A stretch of 63,913 bases of DNA, the filler included, from Sluysia triapertura (lineage: Eukaryota), in the NCBI GenBank assembly GCA_046118255.1. It is 5 parts of 5 records of this genome, joined end to end, with 100 filler letters (N's around TTAATTAATTAA, not from the genome) between each part and the next. Parts side by side here need not be neighbours in the genome. Positions count along the whole stretch, not along the records: positions 25,192 to 39,957 come from JBJNIA010249423.1; 4 more parts are not named here. One strand, 5' to 3'. Below the pieces are notes generated by a model. It did no database searches. It saw nothing but the letters and a program-made list of their open reading frames with translations, and was not told where the DNA came from. This document shows positions 25,192 to 39,000 of this stretch, piece after piece. How positions within the stretch are numbered: position 1 is the stretch's first letter; every line of letters begins with the position of its first letter. The position numbers and the translations under genes were made by a program.

Positions 25192-28100
25192 TATATATTG
25201 CACAAACATATTAAATTATTCAAAAAGTCACACTGATAAAATAGTTTAAATTCAATTTATCGTGAACATCTATACACACTCTTCCAAAATAATTACACTA
25301 TTGCTGTTTGAGATTTTGTAGCTCTGACACCAAAGTATTTTCAATTTATCACATAAATACATAATCTAGAACTGTAAAATAACGAAACAACGTAATATTA
25401 AAAGACAATTTACTAAACTGCAATCTAAACAGCGAAACAAAGTATGTATTACATAGATATTACAAAAAGTATTTAGTTTATTTTCATTTGATGATTGAAC
25501 AACTCTTTGTAGAGAAGTTTTGACTTTTGGCATTGTAAGTCTATTGAATATTGAAGATATATTTTCTATTTATTCTTTCTGATTATTTCTATCATTTTGA
25601 TATTTCTTTTCACGAATCACATAAAGCCAAAAATCGTTACATCATGGGAATGTACTGTCAAATTTGACAAATTTCCTATAAAAGGCGAATATAATTTGAA
25701 GAAATTATCAAAATACCAAGTAAATATTCGAAAAGTAATTAATAAAGGTGCAACAAAAATTAATTATTCATTCATTGATAACTAATAACTAATAATGTGT
25801 TCAATTTAATATATAAAAATGCAACAATAAAAATTAATAATGAATCCATCGGTAAGAAGAAGAATTAAGAATATTTAAAGTTATAACAACAATCAAAAGT
25901 GTTTATATTACGAAAACCATTAATATTTCTTGGAAACCAAAGTGAATATGTCATTAAAATATAATAATTTATACAGATTGTAAATAAGTGATAGGTTATG
26001 TACTGTTTATGTTTCAAAATATGCGCAACTAACGGACAGAAAATGTTAAATTACTGCATAATTATGATATATGTAAGAAAGTTCTTTCGGCTTCAGAAAT
26101 ATTGTAATGAATTATATATTTTAAGTGCTTTTGAGTTCTTATTTTACAGGAGATATTAGTGCAATAAAATTGATGTATTATTATTATTTCTCATTTTTAT
26201 TACTTTCAAATAATACTCAAGATGTAATTCTTTTAGATAATGTGTAAGTAATATTATATATTTATATTTAAAATATATATTTTATAATTATTATTTTATA
26301 GTCTGTACTTTTATTTAAAATCATTTACCTTAATAATCATTTATTTAAATAAAATCGAAAAATAAAAATAATTGATATATTATATTTTGTTTAAATAATA
26401 AAATTGATTATTTTTGTTTATCTATTTAGAGTTATGAATTTGTTTTCGTATTTTACTTAATAATAAGTGTAATATAATGTATTGTAATCTTTTATAATAA
26501 TTATTATTAGATATTGATTGCAAATTACATTAATTAATCTTTCTGAAATTAATCTGTAAAAACAAAGCACTGAGATAATGAAACATAATAGTATAACAGA
26601 AGAATTAATTTTTTAATTGTAATGTTACCTAAGCCAATCTCACATAAAAATAACTCATTTAATTATTTTTTTGTATGGATCGATATATAATATATTAATT
26701 AGATTGATTTTAAATTTATTTTAATAAAAATATGTTAAATTTTCTGTACAAATTAAATTTTTCGTTTTTAATGATTTATTTACTTATCTAAATCATATAC
26801 TATTATATGTATTTAACACTTCCTATTTTTATAATATTGATAAAACACAAATTCATTGTATTATCAGAAACTTTTATTTTATAACTTGCAAAATTTGAAT
26901 TATTTTATTATCAATAAAAAGTATAACACATTTTTTAAATATTTATTGAAAATGACAGTAACTAGTGAAGCATTTTATTCAAATATGACTTGTTTCTATT
27001 TTGTTATTTTCGTATTTTCGTGTTTCATTTACATTGTTTTGATTAAAAATATTTTTGGCTTAATCTACATTGTATTGTTTAAAGTAAACAAATATTTGTA
27101 TTTGTTTATATTTTATATACGTTTATTATTTTAATATATTGCATTTAATTTACTTTCTTTTAATTTAAAATATTCAATTCAATTTATTTTATGTATTATG
27201 ATTTGTAATATAAACAAATAATTGTAGTTGTTCATACTTTTGTGTATAAGTTTAATTATACTTTGAATTCTTTTTAATTTTTGACTAAGTTTCAAAATCC
27301 TAAAACATTTTAAAATTTTAAACTAAGAATTTTGTTAGTAAAATTAATTTAAAAGACATATGTTTAAGAGTTTTACATTAAATACTAGAAAGACTAATTA
27401 TTATAAAATTAAATAAACCATCACGAAAGACTCATAATATATACTCAAAATACAAAAAATATTCAGACATCACAATATTTGCTTTTCTTATTGTAGTTTA
27501 GTAAAAGTAATACAGAAAATAAATATGTGGAAAATTTATTAATCAAAATTTAGAACAAATGTTTAGCAGAGAAAAACATTTACAAAAAAAATTAATAAGA
27601 TTTAAAGCTTATTTTAGAAAATATATGTATATTAATGAAAGAGTTCTATGTAATTAAATAAATGTTTTAATTTAATTAATGTTTTAATTAATATACGTAA
27701 TTAAGTTAATGTTTTATAAACACATGAATAATTTCATAAATAAAAAAGAAGAATTAAATTAAATTATATATATGCATATACAAAAACGTTACAAAAATTC
27801 ATGAAATATTGTAAATGATTTTAATAATATTATCTGCCATTATTTAGTAGAATTAATATTTAGAATTTATTTTGAATTTATTATTTAATATTTAATATTT
27901 AGTAATATCAAGTATTAAGCAAGACGTTATCAATCTACATTGTCCTATAATCATTTTTAATATAATTTTCAATGAAAAGAAATGTCTGTGTATCGAAACG
28001 TTAAATGGGTTTTGTATGGTGTATAATATTAAGTAAAGACACTTTTGATCTGTATCTAACACTGACTAACCAAACTAAGTTGTGCACTTATGTTACACCC

Positions 28101-28554
28101 TTGTCGATAACATTGGCCAGAAATTTTGTGACCAAAACACATTATTAGTATTATTAATTATTATTATTATCAATATTAATATATATTATTATTACATTAT
28201 TATTATTAATAATTATATCATTAATATTATTTTATTATTATATAATTATTATAGTATAACATTATTATTAATTACTATTATTATAATATTTTATTATTAT
28301 TAATATGATTGTATTATTGTTATTATTATATTATTATTAATATTATTATAATAACATTGTATTATTACAATAATAATATTATTATTATCATTCACTATCA
28401 TTAATGAGTATTATTATACTATTTTTATTATGAAATATTATAATTGTATCATGTTATTATTATTTTTGTTATTGAAAATTATTAATTTTATGAATGCATT
28501 AATTCCGCTACACATTATATAGTTTTTGTTACATATACAAAAAATTATTCAACA

Positions 28555-28962
28555 TTAATCGAATAGTAATTTAATGCTATCTGATTTAGGACAGAAAACA
28601 ATCTCTATATTGCTCTTGGAGATTGGCTTAAACGTAAATAGACACAAATTGTCTACTTTACCGCTGTTGTTAACTTTGCTTAAAAATAACACTAGATTGT
28701 TTAATTCATAAAATAAGTTCTTTGTTAAATAAAAACTGTACACTTTAAAATCTTCGATTTTTAACATGGTAATTGATTCGTTAACTAATTTTACACTATC
28801 GATGACTGATACTAAGTATGAAAATTCTTTATCATTTTGTTTCATATCAATTGCTAAAATATGATGATTAGAATTACCTAAAAAGCCAGTTAAGACATGC
28901 ATTGAAAACAGCATTAATTTTATATCGATATTTGTACATGATACGATAAAATCATTATCCAT
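28555..28962 (-). CDS. Intact intronless 135-aa ORF of unknown function, probably mobile-element cargo
   Basis: ATG-to-stop ORF with balanced globular composition, unusually long for this AT content; lies just beyond the family-C repeat of the Gypsy-integrase locus, on the same strand. Confidence 0.5.
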   Translation of the reverse strand: MDNDFIVSCTNIDIKLMLFSMHVLTGFLGNSNHHILAIDMKQNDKEFSYLVSVIDSVKLVNESITMLKIEDFKVYSFYLTKNLFYELNNLVLFLSKVNNSGKVDNLCLFTFKPISKSNIEIVFCPKSDSIKLLFD

Positions 28963-29252
28963 CTTAAACTTTAGTTACAAAAGAAATTGAATTTCTGATG
29001 TTTATATTATAGTCTGCAAATTTCTTGTCTAGACAAAATAATAATTTTTTAAACGTCTAACTTTTATTGTGCAGAAAAAATTTTTCATCCACCCAATCAG
29101 ATTTGCAATTGCTGAGAGAAACTGTGAACAATCTAATTGGGTGGTGTGCATTACTAATCCACTTATTCAATCAAAGTCGAAACGCTGAAATACTGATGAC
29201 TGACCACCATCAGGGTTGACAGTCGAATGCAAACATGACATAGGCTGTCAAC

Positions 29253-30239
29253 ACTGGTGATGGCAGCAACAGTTTAACCATCAAACAATTTTTATTTTTA
29301 ATTATTAATTAACTGTAATGATGATAATAATAATAACAATATTAATAATAATAAAAATGGTGAAATTATTGTTATTATTATTATAAAAATTTAAAACCAC
29401 ATAAATCTTTGAAAATCCTAAACACGAGCTTTTTCTTTATATTCTACTCTTTCTATACATATACATGAGATAAAAAGAAATAAGACAATTGTTGTACTGT
29501 GAAGGAACAAGAGTAACTCAGAGTATAATGCATCATCTGTAGTTGTTGCTTCACAGTATGATAATGAAATTTTTAAAGTTATCTTAAATTTGTTTTTGAA
29601 AGATGTTGTGGTTTAGGTTGTAAGAAAAATGAGAAATGTTATAATAATTTATTGAAACTTATTGAAGGTTTATAATTTAAACACAGGATTTATGCATTAG
29701 ATAGAATGGTTTGAAATGCTTATTGAAAGATTGAAGTTATTTTATTTTTAATTGATGATTACAAAATAAATTCTAATATATTATAATGTTGTTGCTAGTG
29801 AGTATTAACGATGAATATGTGTCTGTAGAATGGATTTAAGTTGGTGTAGTTGGTTAAGATTTAAGATGTAAATGATCTATGTTTCTGAGATATTTGTTAG
29901 GGTTGTTTGATAATGCTATTATATTTATGATTTGTGAAGTTTATATTATGCTTGTGATTTGTTTGTTGGAATATCTGGTGATTGAATGTTGTGAATTGTT
30001 CGAGGTTAAATGTCGAAGTTTATTATGCTATTGATGGTTGAAATGTTGGTTGAATTGTTGATATATGTGAGTTGATGAGGTGTTGTAAATATCGAATGTT
30101 ATTTTATAGTGTTTGTGTTGATGTAGTTCAAATGTGAAAAGTGTGATTATTTTAAAATTTGAATATTGGTGAAATTTAATTTGTAAATATTGATCAAGAA
30201 TTTTTGATTAATTTTAAATTATGAGTATTGGCCACTACA
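29253..30239 (-). mobile_element. LTR-like repeat family C, copy 1
   Basis: ~1 kb diverged direct repeat of 31825-32845; the minus strand starts TGTAGTGGCCAATACTCA. Confidence 0.85.
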
Positions 30240-30447
30240 ATTAATGAAAGTGAGCATTACTCTATCAAAAGAGCCAATTCCTGATGATTCCGAAAGTTCG
30301 CTCGTTACAAATAAACGATGAGTCAGTGGATGACTCTTTCCATAACATATTAGACAATCGACCAGGTGGTAATACTGGACTAGGTGTCGGCACATGAATC
30401 GGAGTTTCATATGAAGCAATTTCATCGCCGATATGCGGAACAACAAC

Positions 30448-30790
30448 TTATGGAATTAACATGTGTAATCCTTGTGGAAATTTTATAAAACCAAACTTAT
30501 TATGTATGACTATATCATCTAATTTATCGATTATGCCCAAACCAATTATTAAATCAAAAGAAGAATCTCCCCAAACGTATATATATGCATTTACATTTTT
30601 ATCCAATATATCTAAGTGTCCATGTATTATGCCGTTCATATGTATTGGTGTTCGTTTCACATTATAAATTGTTGTTTGCGGTGGATCCATAAATACAATT
30701 TCCCGTGTAGTTAAAAACTTATAATGTATTACGGATGCAGTGGCTCCCGTAACGATAACAGCTCGAATCCATCTATTATTAAAACGTACA
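30448..30790 (-). pseudogene. Retropepsin-like aspartic protease relic downstream of the integrase
   Basis: VLIIDGFELLS[frameshift, Asp lost]TGATASVIHYKFL...TTIYNVKRTPIHMNGIIHGHLDILDKNVNAYIYVWGDSSFDLIIG: DTGA-type active-site context and the C-terminal DLIIG motif. Confidence 0.7.
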
Positions 30791-30954
30791 TTTTGAAAAA
30801 TGTCTGTACGTACTCCATCATCATTATTACTTGTTTGTTAACTAATGATTGTACTGAAGGCGGCTTACCACAATACTTCATTTTTGGTTTAACTTTTAAT
30901 ATTGACTTTTTAACTGTTCGATTTCTTAATTTATATTCGTCATTTGGTGCTACC

Positions 30955-31795
30955 TTACATCTGTTCACATGCACCACAAATGTTTCTGAATCTAATTTGG
31001 TAGTATCCTTAACAACAAATTAGAATAAGTAATTTTCATTACTTCATTTGGTCCATTAAATGGCTTGTGAAATTTTGGTGACTGCCCTGGTTTAGCTAAT
31101 GGATATTCGATAAGTACTTCATGTTCATTGGCTTTTTTATCATATGCATCTTTATATTACTTTTGTGAAACTTTTATTTGTAAATCAGCGCGTTTCCAGG
31201 CATATTGTAGTCTTTCATGCATTACTATTACATATTCTGACGATTCCATGCATTGTGATGTTGGTGGTATCCAATCTAAATATACTGGCATATTCGAATA
31301 ACATCCATACATTAAATAGAATGGAGTAAAATTTATAGCTGGATGTACCGAGCTTCCATGATATACATGGAACGATGTACAAATCCCAATCTGATTGTCT
31401 ATCATTAACATATGATTGTAACGTGTTATTAAAGTTCGGTTAAATCATTCAACTAATCCATCAGTTTGTGGGTGGTATGATGATATATAGATTCTAGGAA
31501 TGTCAAATATTTTCACTACTGATTTAACTACATCGCTAGTAAAATTTGTGCCTTGATCTGTTAATAGTTTTCGTTGTTTACCATATCTATAAATTATTTT
31601 CTCTACAAGTATTTGTGCAACAGTTTCTGCTTTTTGATTTGGCATTGGATATGCCTCGGGCCACTTAGTTAAATAGTCGGCAAATACAATAATATATTTA
31701 TTTCCGCTAATAGTTTCTGGTAATGATCCCATTATATCCAGTGCCGTAAATTCCCATATTCTTTCTTTTACAGCAGTTTGAACAATCCTTACACC
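30955..31795 (-). mobile_element. Ty3/Gypsy-type integrase with stops and frameshifts
   Basis: WEFTALDIMGSLPETISGNKYIIVFADYLTKWPEA...RYG...LLTDQGTNFTS...SSYHPQTDGLVE*FNRTL, FTPFYLMYG, a GPY/F-like segment and VVHVNRCK. Confidence 0.93.
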
Positions 31796-31824
31796 AATTT
31801 TAAAAATCTTCTTCCATATGAGAA

Positions 31825-32845
31825 TGTTGGTGATGGCAGTAACCAGTTAAAACATCAATGATTAAATTTTAATTTATTTTTATTTTTAGATATGAGTAAG
31901 AATAAGAGTACAATGGTAATAATAATAATAATAACAATAATAATAATAATAGTAAGATTGATAAGATTATTGTTATTATTATTCTTATAAAAATTTAAAA
32001 AGCATAAATCTTTGAAAATCCTAAACACGAACTTTTTCTTTCTATTCTGCTCTTTCTATTTACATATAAATGAGATAAAAAGGAACAAAACCAACTAATA
32101 AACTGTGAAGGAGTAACGATAATAAGGTATGTTGATGTATCATTAGTAGTTGTTGCTTCACAGTGCAATAATGAAATCTTTAAAGTTATCTTAAACCTGT
32201 TTTTGAAAGATGTAATGGTTTAGGTTGTAAGAAAAATGAGGAATGTTAGAATAATTTATTGAAACTTATTGAAGGTTTATAATTTGAAAACAAGATTTAT
32301 GCATTAAATTTAATGGTTTAAAATGTTTATTGAAAGGTAGAAGTTATTTTAATTTGAATAGCGATTACAAAATACATTTTAATATATCATAATGTTATTG
32401 AGAGTAGTTGTGAATGATGAATATGTGTCTGTGAAGTGGATTTAGCTCGGTGTTGTTGATTAAGGTTTTAGATGGAAATGATCTATGCCTCTAAGGTACT
32501 TGTTGGCGTTGTTGAATAATGTTGTTATGTTTATGACTTGTGTATTTTATATTGTGATTGTGATTTGTTTGATCAAATATCTTATGAGTAAATGTTGTGA
32601 ATTGTTCGAGATTAAATGTCGAAGTTTATTGTGCTATGGATGGTTGAAATGTTAGTTAAATTGTTGATATATGTGAGTTGATGAGATGTTGTAAATATCG
32701 AATGTTATTTTATGATGTTTGTGTTGGTGTAGTTCGAAAGTAAAAAAATGTGATTGTTTTAAAATTTGAATTTTAGTGAAATTTAATTTGTAATTGTAAG
32801 ATGTAATATTTTGATAGATTTTGATTATGAGTGTTGACCACTACA
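31825..32845 (-). mobile_element. LTR-like repeat family C, copy 2
   Basis: Minus strand TGTAGTGGTCAACACTCA...GCCATCACCAACA (TGT...ACA termini); homologous to 29253-30239. Confidence 0.85.
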
Positions 32846-33755
32846 ATTTTAATGAATATTAAAAAAATTTTTGTTTATTAAATTTATTATGGTTATATAA
32901 CATGTGGTCGCGGGCCAATCAAAAACCCTTAAGTCATTAAATAAAGACGTAACAATATAAACCCAAATTAAAATTTCATTTCTATTGGATAACACACGTA
33001 GTTCATTTCCAATTATATTATACTTTCTAGGATTTAATAACACTAAATTCATCGGATAAAGGTATAGTGGATATATATATATTCATCTACTTACAATTCT
33101 GTGACATTTATAAAATTTTGTATTTGAATACATTAATTTTTCTTTATTGAATATTTTATAGAATTTTTGTTGGATTTGGTTTCCCGAAATGTTTATAAAT
33201 TTTCACACAGTATCGAAATGTTATTGAATTCTGTTTGCTTAAATAAATTAAAATACCTTGACAAAAAATGTAAAATTAGCGAATATATTCCAGAGTATAA
33301 GTCAGTATGAAAAATTTTCAAGTTTTGTGTACTTGTGAGTTCTTTTTAGGAATTACGTGATATTGTTTTAATTACTTTGATTTGAGATGTTTTATTAAAT
33401 ATCCATGTTACAATAAAAACATTACTTAAAAGACCGGAATTCCAAAATAGACTGAAATTTCGAACTTATAAATCTTACAACTATTTTGAAATATATCCAA
33501 ATATTCTTAAACACTTAAATTTAATAACTTTTCAATTAAAAGGATTTCATATAACAAATTAACTGATAAAAGCAGAATATCAACTGGAAAAGTACGGAAA
33601 CTGAAATCAATGTCTTTACGGATTGCAAAGTGATAAGATAGATAATATTGTTTCCAAAATCTGCAACGAACTACCAGAGAATGTCAAATCATCGTAAGAT
33701 TATAAAGTATTTAAAAACAAGACAAAGTTCTTTTCATTTCGGAAATATGTCGTAA

Positions 33756-33806
<51 letters not shown>

Positions 33807-33975
33807 AAAGTTCATCGTGAATTTGACAATTCAATATATACAATTATTGCTCTTTATCGAATTTAACTTCATTACATAATATAATAACTGAAGAGTATTG
33901 TAATTAAATCAAAAGATACACTCTAAAAAATCAATTCTATTTGTATAAAAAATCTTATACGCGTAACAGAGGTTT

Positions 33976-34104
33976 TTATTTCGACCATTTCGGATTTCGT
34001 TTCTCTAAGAATGCAGAAATACCTTCTTCGGCATCCGGATGACGCATATTATCAACCATTACTTTAGAAGTTAATTTATATGCTTCTTCTTTAGATTGAC
34101 ACAT
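33976..34104 (-). CDS. ECHDC3: Enoyl-CoA hydratase domain-containing protein 3-like, last coding exon (missed by the ORF track)
   Basis: After acceptor ttttag: MCQSKEEAYKLTSKVMVDNMRHPDAEEGISAFLEKRNPKWSK*, matching the crotonase-family C-terminus and specifically ECHDC3 AYxLTSxxMVDNL...DxxEGIxAFLxKRxPxWS. Confidence 0.85.
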   Translation of the reverse strand: MCQSKEEAYKLTSKVMVDNMRHPDAEEGISAFLEKRNPKWSK

Positions 34105-35140
34105 CTAAAATAATTGTAGAGAAAATTATCAATAAAATTTAAACGTTATAAATCCTATAACATAATAACGCATCAAATAGGACAGATTTCATTGACATAT
34201 TTATAAGGCGTTATCTTCGAAAATTTTGTAGGGAGCAGTATATTTAATTACAATTATTTGTTTTATTTTATCTGTACTGAATCAGTGGACTGAAAAGGCC
34301 CCCTTTAGAACATTTTACTACTGAAGTGCACAAATTGTAAAAAATTTTATAGCAAATTAAAAAAATATAAAATTGAAAACAAAATGGTGTTAGGTCGCGT
34401 ATAATAATGTTATCTATCTATCAATAAATCTCAGAATATTAAATTAAAATAATAAATAATACTTAACGATTATTATTCCGAAAACACTAGAATTTTATTT
34501 TGAAACTACGATTATATTCAATGAATGTGAGAAATCTTAAAAATAACTTTCTATGTCCATAATTTATTAATAAATATAAATCTGTCTTTGTTGATCCAAA
34601 ATAAAATAACTCAAAGATATTAATGACACTAAAAATAATAATTTTTCCACAATGAATTTAACCAAAATAAAACTGCGAGGGAAATTTTCCTATTAGTTAC
34701 TCGTCAGCTAAAAATTAATAATAATTAAAAGGGTCATATCTCCTATCACAATTAAAAAGATAATGAATTAGAAAATAAGGCTAAATGCTTCCCAGAAACA
34801 GTTTAAACTTTAATAAAATAAATTTGGCAGTGTTCCTCAAAAATTAAAGTATAGCTTAAAAAACGGTTTGGACAGGGAATCCAAAAAATCAAGCTTTATT
34901 TAGCTTAAAAATTAAAATAATAAACAATTAAACAAATTACGGTCATATTGTGGATATTCGGTTGTCCTCCTCCAAAAGCATTAAGGGAACATTATTGCGC
35001 ATTAAATGCGTTGTAAAACACCATTGGGTTTTGCAATCATCTAAACCTCCTTTGAGAATTAGACCGATAATAACAGCTTTGACAATATATGGTACTGCCT
35101 GCCAGTCTATATTAGATGCAGAACATAAAATTTTGATTAA

Positions 35141-36043
35141 TGATCAACCTTTATTTTCTACTATTTTATTTGATCTACTTTTATTTAAATTACTTTCACA
35201 TTAAAATAAGAATAATTAATATTATCAACATACATAAAATAATGAATTTAACTTTAATTTTTAGCATTCAAATTTCTAAAAAAAAAATTTCAAGTTCTTA
35301 TTCTCAAATAAATCATTATGCGAACATTTCAGTTTCTTTTCTAGATTCTCCTCTTTCGTAGCAATAATCTCATATTCACTTCACTATATTTTCATCATTC
35401 TAAATTCAGCATTCCAGAACTAAAAATTAATTACAATTTGACTTTGCTCAATATTATGGCTTTCTTTGCATGAAGACGTTAAACCATATCTTCATCGAAA
35501 GATCTTTTTAAAACAAAATTGTACACAGATTCAACTTTGACAGAACATTCCGCATTCGAACGTTATTCATAAAAACGTACTTTTTTCTTAATTAAGATTT
35601 AATTAATTAATCTATTTTTAGACTTAATATTATTTTATGCCTAAAGGTTTTATTAAGGTTTTAAAGTTGTTTGGTACTTTGTGAAGCACTCAGAGGTTAC
35701 TAGATGCTTTCACCTTCATCATTTTAATATATTTACCTGATTCTCTATGTTAACTATTAATGCGTCAAATTTATCTTTATTAGTTCAAATTATTTTGAAG
35801 ATTTCGAATACTTTACAAGGTTACCCAAAAGTCCTAAACGTATATCAAGGTTTCGAAGATCCCTAAATGTTTATAAAGATAGTGTCAAATTTCATAAATT
35901 CAAGATTAATTTAATGCTTCAAAACGTCTTTCAAGCTAATTTCAAGGTTCTCAACCTTACAAGGGTCATCTTCGTCATTCTTCCTACATTCAATTTCACA
36001 TCTTCCTCATTCTTTTTTACTCAATATTTTGGTAATTCCAACA
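35141..36043 (-). mobile_element. LTR-like repeat family B, inverted copy
   Basis: Reverse complement of 60399-61456 (e.g. tgatcaacc, actttgctcaatatta.ggcttt, aaaaacgtacttt, attccaaca). Confidence 0.75.
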
Positions 36044-39000
36044 ATAATAAAAAATAATAACAGTAATAATAATAAAATATAAAAATCAACAATAATTAAA
36101 AATAGTGATTTTAACAAAAGTAATAATAACAAAATAATTTCATTAAACTTTTAAGCCTACAATATTTAATTGAACATAGCTTTCGTCAGCCAATTTATGC
36201 AATCATTTGTTAAAATGTGAGGTATTTAAAATTTTAAAAAATTAATTAATCGACCTATTAAATATTTATTATTTATTTTAATATTTTTATTATAATATTT
36301 TGGTGTTTTATTACTATTATTTTTTCTTATTTTATGAAAGTTTTAAAATTCAATTTAAGTTTTGAATTTAATTTAAAGTTAGATAATTAATTGTTTTAAA
36401 TAAAGAAAATGTTAATACTGATATTTAAAAACAGTGTAAATATACATTTGTAGAGGGATTAGAACATATTATACTTTTAACTTTACATTTCTAGTGTTCC
36501 CTATTTCAAAATTTAATGTCTTTTATTTCCTTTTTCTTCAAAATGATAATTCTATTTGATTTTAGGCCAAAACATTTTTATTTCTACTTTTAACACTAAA
36601 TTTGATTTTAGATGGTTTAAATTCAATGAAAAAAACGCGAACGCAAAATTGAATTAATTAACAAAGAATAAAAATAAGAACAAACATCAATTTCATCATC
36701 GAACGAGTTACTTTTTCCTTTGTTTATACCCATTGTTACAACATTTCTAGACATAACTACCTTTAAAAATGTATTAATCGACAATATTGACACAGATATC
36801 TCATACCTTGTTGCATATTACAAGTTTTGTCACTATCCATATATTTCACATGAATTCTAATGAAGAAAAACTTTTACAACCTTCAAAATGAACAACACTA
36901 CACAAAATACATTTATACAAGCTGTACAATTATTAAGGATTTTTTTTACTTTAGTTCTATTTCTTTTATTCTTCATTCTGTATTCAGATAAATATGGAGT
37001 CCTTGATTAGTAGTCACTTTTAAAAGTAGAAGGTGCAATGTGGCTTTTGCTGCATATCTGGTTCGATCTGCTTTTGTCTCACTGACAGGAATACTTGATT
37101 AAATTCGGCCATTTTATTGACAATAAAATTCGAAGATTGATTAAATTTAGTAATATTATTGATTAGTGAATACTGTTGACGAACTCTACAAAATTGATCC
37201 AATTTGATAATAAACTTTGGTATTGTTTCTGGCATTAATTGATTAAATATAAAATTACAAATAAAATTTTATTAATTTCATATATTTATATAAAGGATAG
37301 AGATAAATAATCATTATTAATCTAACTTGTAATGTATTGTGTTAAACATTTTAATATATTATGGTAGTTTTGTACTTTATTATTTAGATAGATTGACCCT
37401 AGATTTACTGAGTACATCATAAAACTGCAGATAAAATATACAGAATAAAAAATTCCTATTATAGAATAAAAGAAAATTTCTTCGCATATAGTAAAACATA
37501 TACATGAATTCAAATAAATAAACTTTTAAGAATTAGAATTTTTATCGAGCACTTATATCGCGAATAACTTAGACAAGTATTTTAATTCACACTTCTAAAT
37601 AAGGTAAACATAATAGATAAAGTATATATATATATATATTTAGAGGAAATTTACATTAATAAAAGATTGTACCTTCAGATAAACTTAAGTAATAATATAA
37701 AGTGAAAACAACATTAAAGAAGATTAAGAGTTCATTCAAACACATTCAAATTCGATAAAACATAACTTTATTAATTTTTACATATGTAATGATTTGTAAT
37801 TTTAATCAATAATATTATACATTTCACTGCACACTACTGGATAGAATTCTATGCGATTTATAGATACAATCTTTCTATAATTCTATACATTACATATTGG
37901 TATACTAATAGATACAATTTTATGTATCTAAATTTAAATGTTCTGCAGTAATACGATTATTATAAAAGAATTTTGATAACCAAAAACAATATAAAGGATA
38001 GACACTCAATAGAAAATAATAATATAATAGTAAGAATACTAATACTGATTGTTAACTGAAGAAACGAACTATCGGAGAAGGTTTTACGAAAAACCAAATT
38101 TTGGATAACAGTTAAAATACTAAGAGAACATTATTGCTACCTGATGCATTTGGGAAAAAATTTTGTTATCGTTTCGAATTTTCGGTAAGATTATTAATTC
38201 TCGGTTCATATTGTAAATATTTTTAAAATTTTATTAATAAAATTTGTTTTAACATTAAAATTATTGTGTTAATCGTATTATTATATAAAGTTAAATAATT
38301 GCTGTAAAGCTTTTTTCAAATAATACAATTGTTTTTTGTACGTACTAAAATTTTATAATTTCATCCCATAGATAATTTTATTGTGTGGTCAATTCCACAT
38401 TATAGTTAATTGTATAGATACAATCTATGCATTTGTGAGATTATGTGGCCAATTGCATCTCTATAATAGTTTGATTTATAATATAACTTTCGCCATATAA
38501 TTTATTTCTTTATACCTGCATTATGTTTATATATTTTAATATTTACTTTTTCTCATTTATATTTTATTAACATAATAAGTGCTCTCATTAAATCAGTAGC
38601 TTTAATTGTGAGGAATTCCAATTGTCAAGTTGTATTTTTATTAATTTAATGAATGAATTTTTGTAAATTAATGATTTTATAATTAAAGTTAAAATGTATT
38701 TTAAATTTTATATTATTAACAAATATTGTACTATTTAAAAAACTAAAATTTTACAAATAAATTTATTAATTTTTATAAATTAACTCATAATCTTAAAAAA
38801 TCTAGCATTTGTACTTTTTAAAAGTGCATAGACCTTTCAAATCATTGAAAAAGAACGTAGTTCATGAACTGATAATACAACGTAATTTTATAACGCCTCA
38901 AAATTTTTATGACTACAAAAAAGTGAATATTGAACTACATTCAAAGATTATTCGATAAATCAATTGACAGTGAAAATTTTCGATTTATTAAAAATAGATT

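Noticed and set aside
28082-28303. Ile/Tyr/Leu-rich ORFs (also 51750-52016, 56428-56625, 59464-59652)
   Set aside because: Translations of (ATT)n microsatellites.
29178-29228. Hammerhead-like CTGATGA with nearby GAAA/GAA
   Set aside because: No GAAA correctly placed after a stem II, and stems I/III cannot be formed.
36700-36765. VVMSRNVVTMG as a candidate upstream ECHDC3 exon
   Set aside because: Flanking residues and splice phase do not fit the expected GKxxFYxQ junction.
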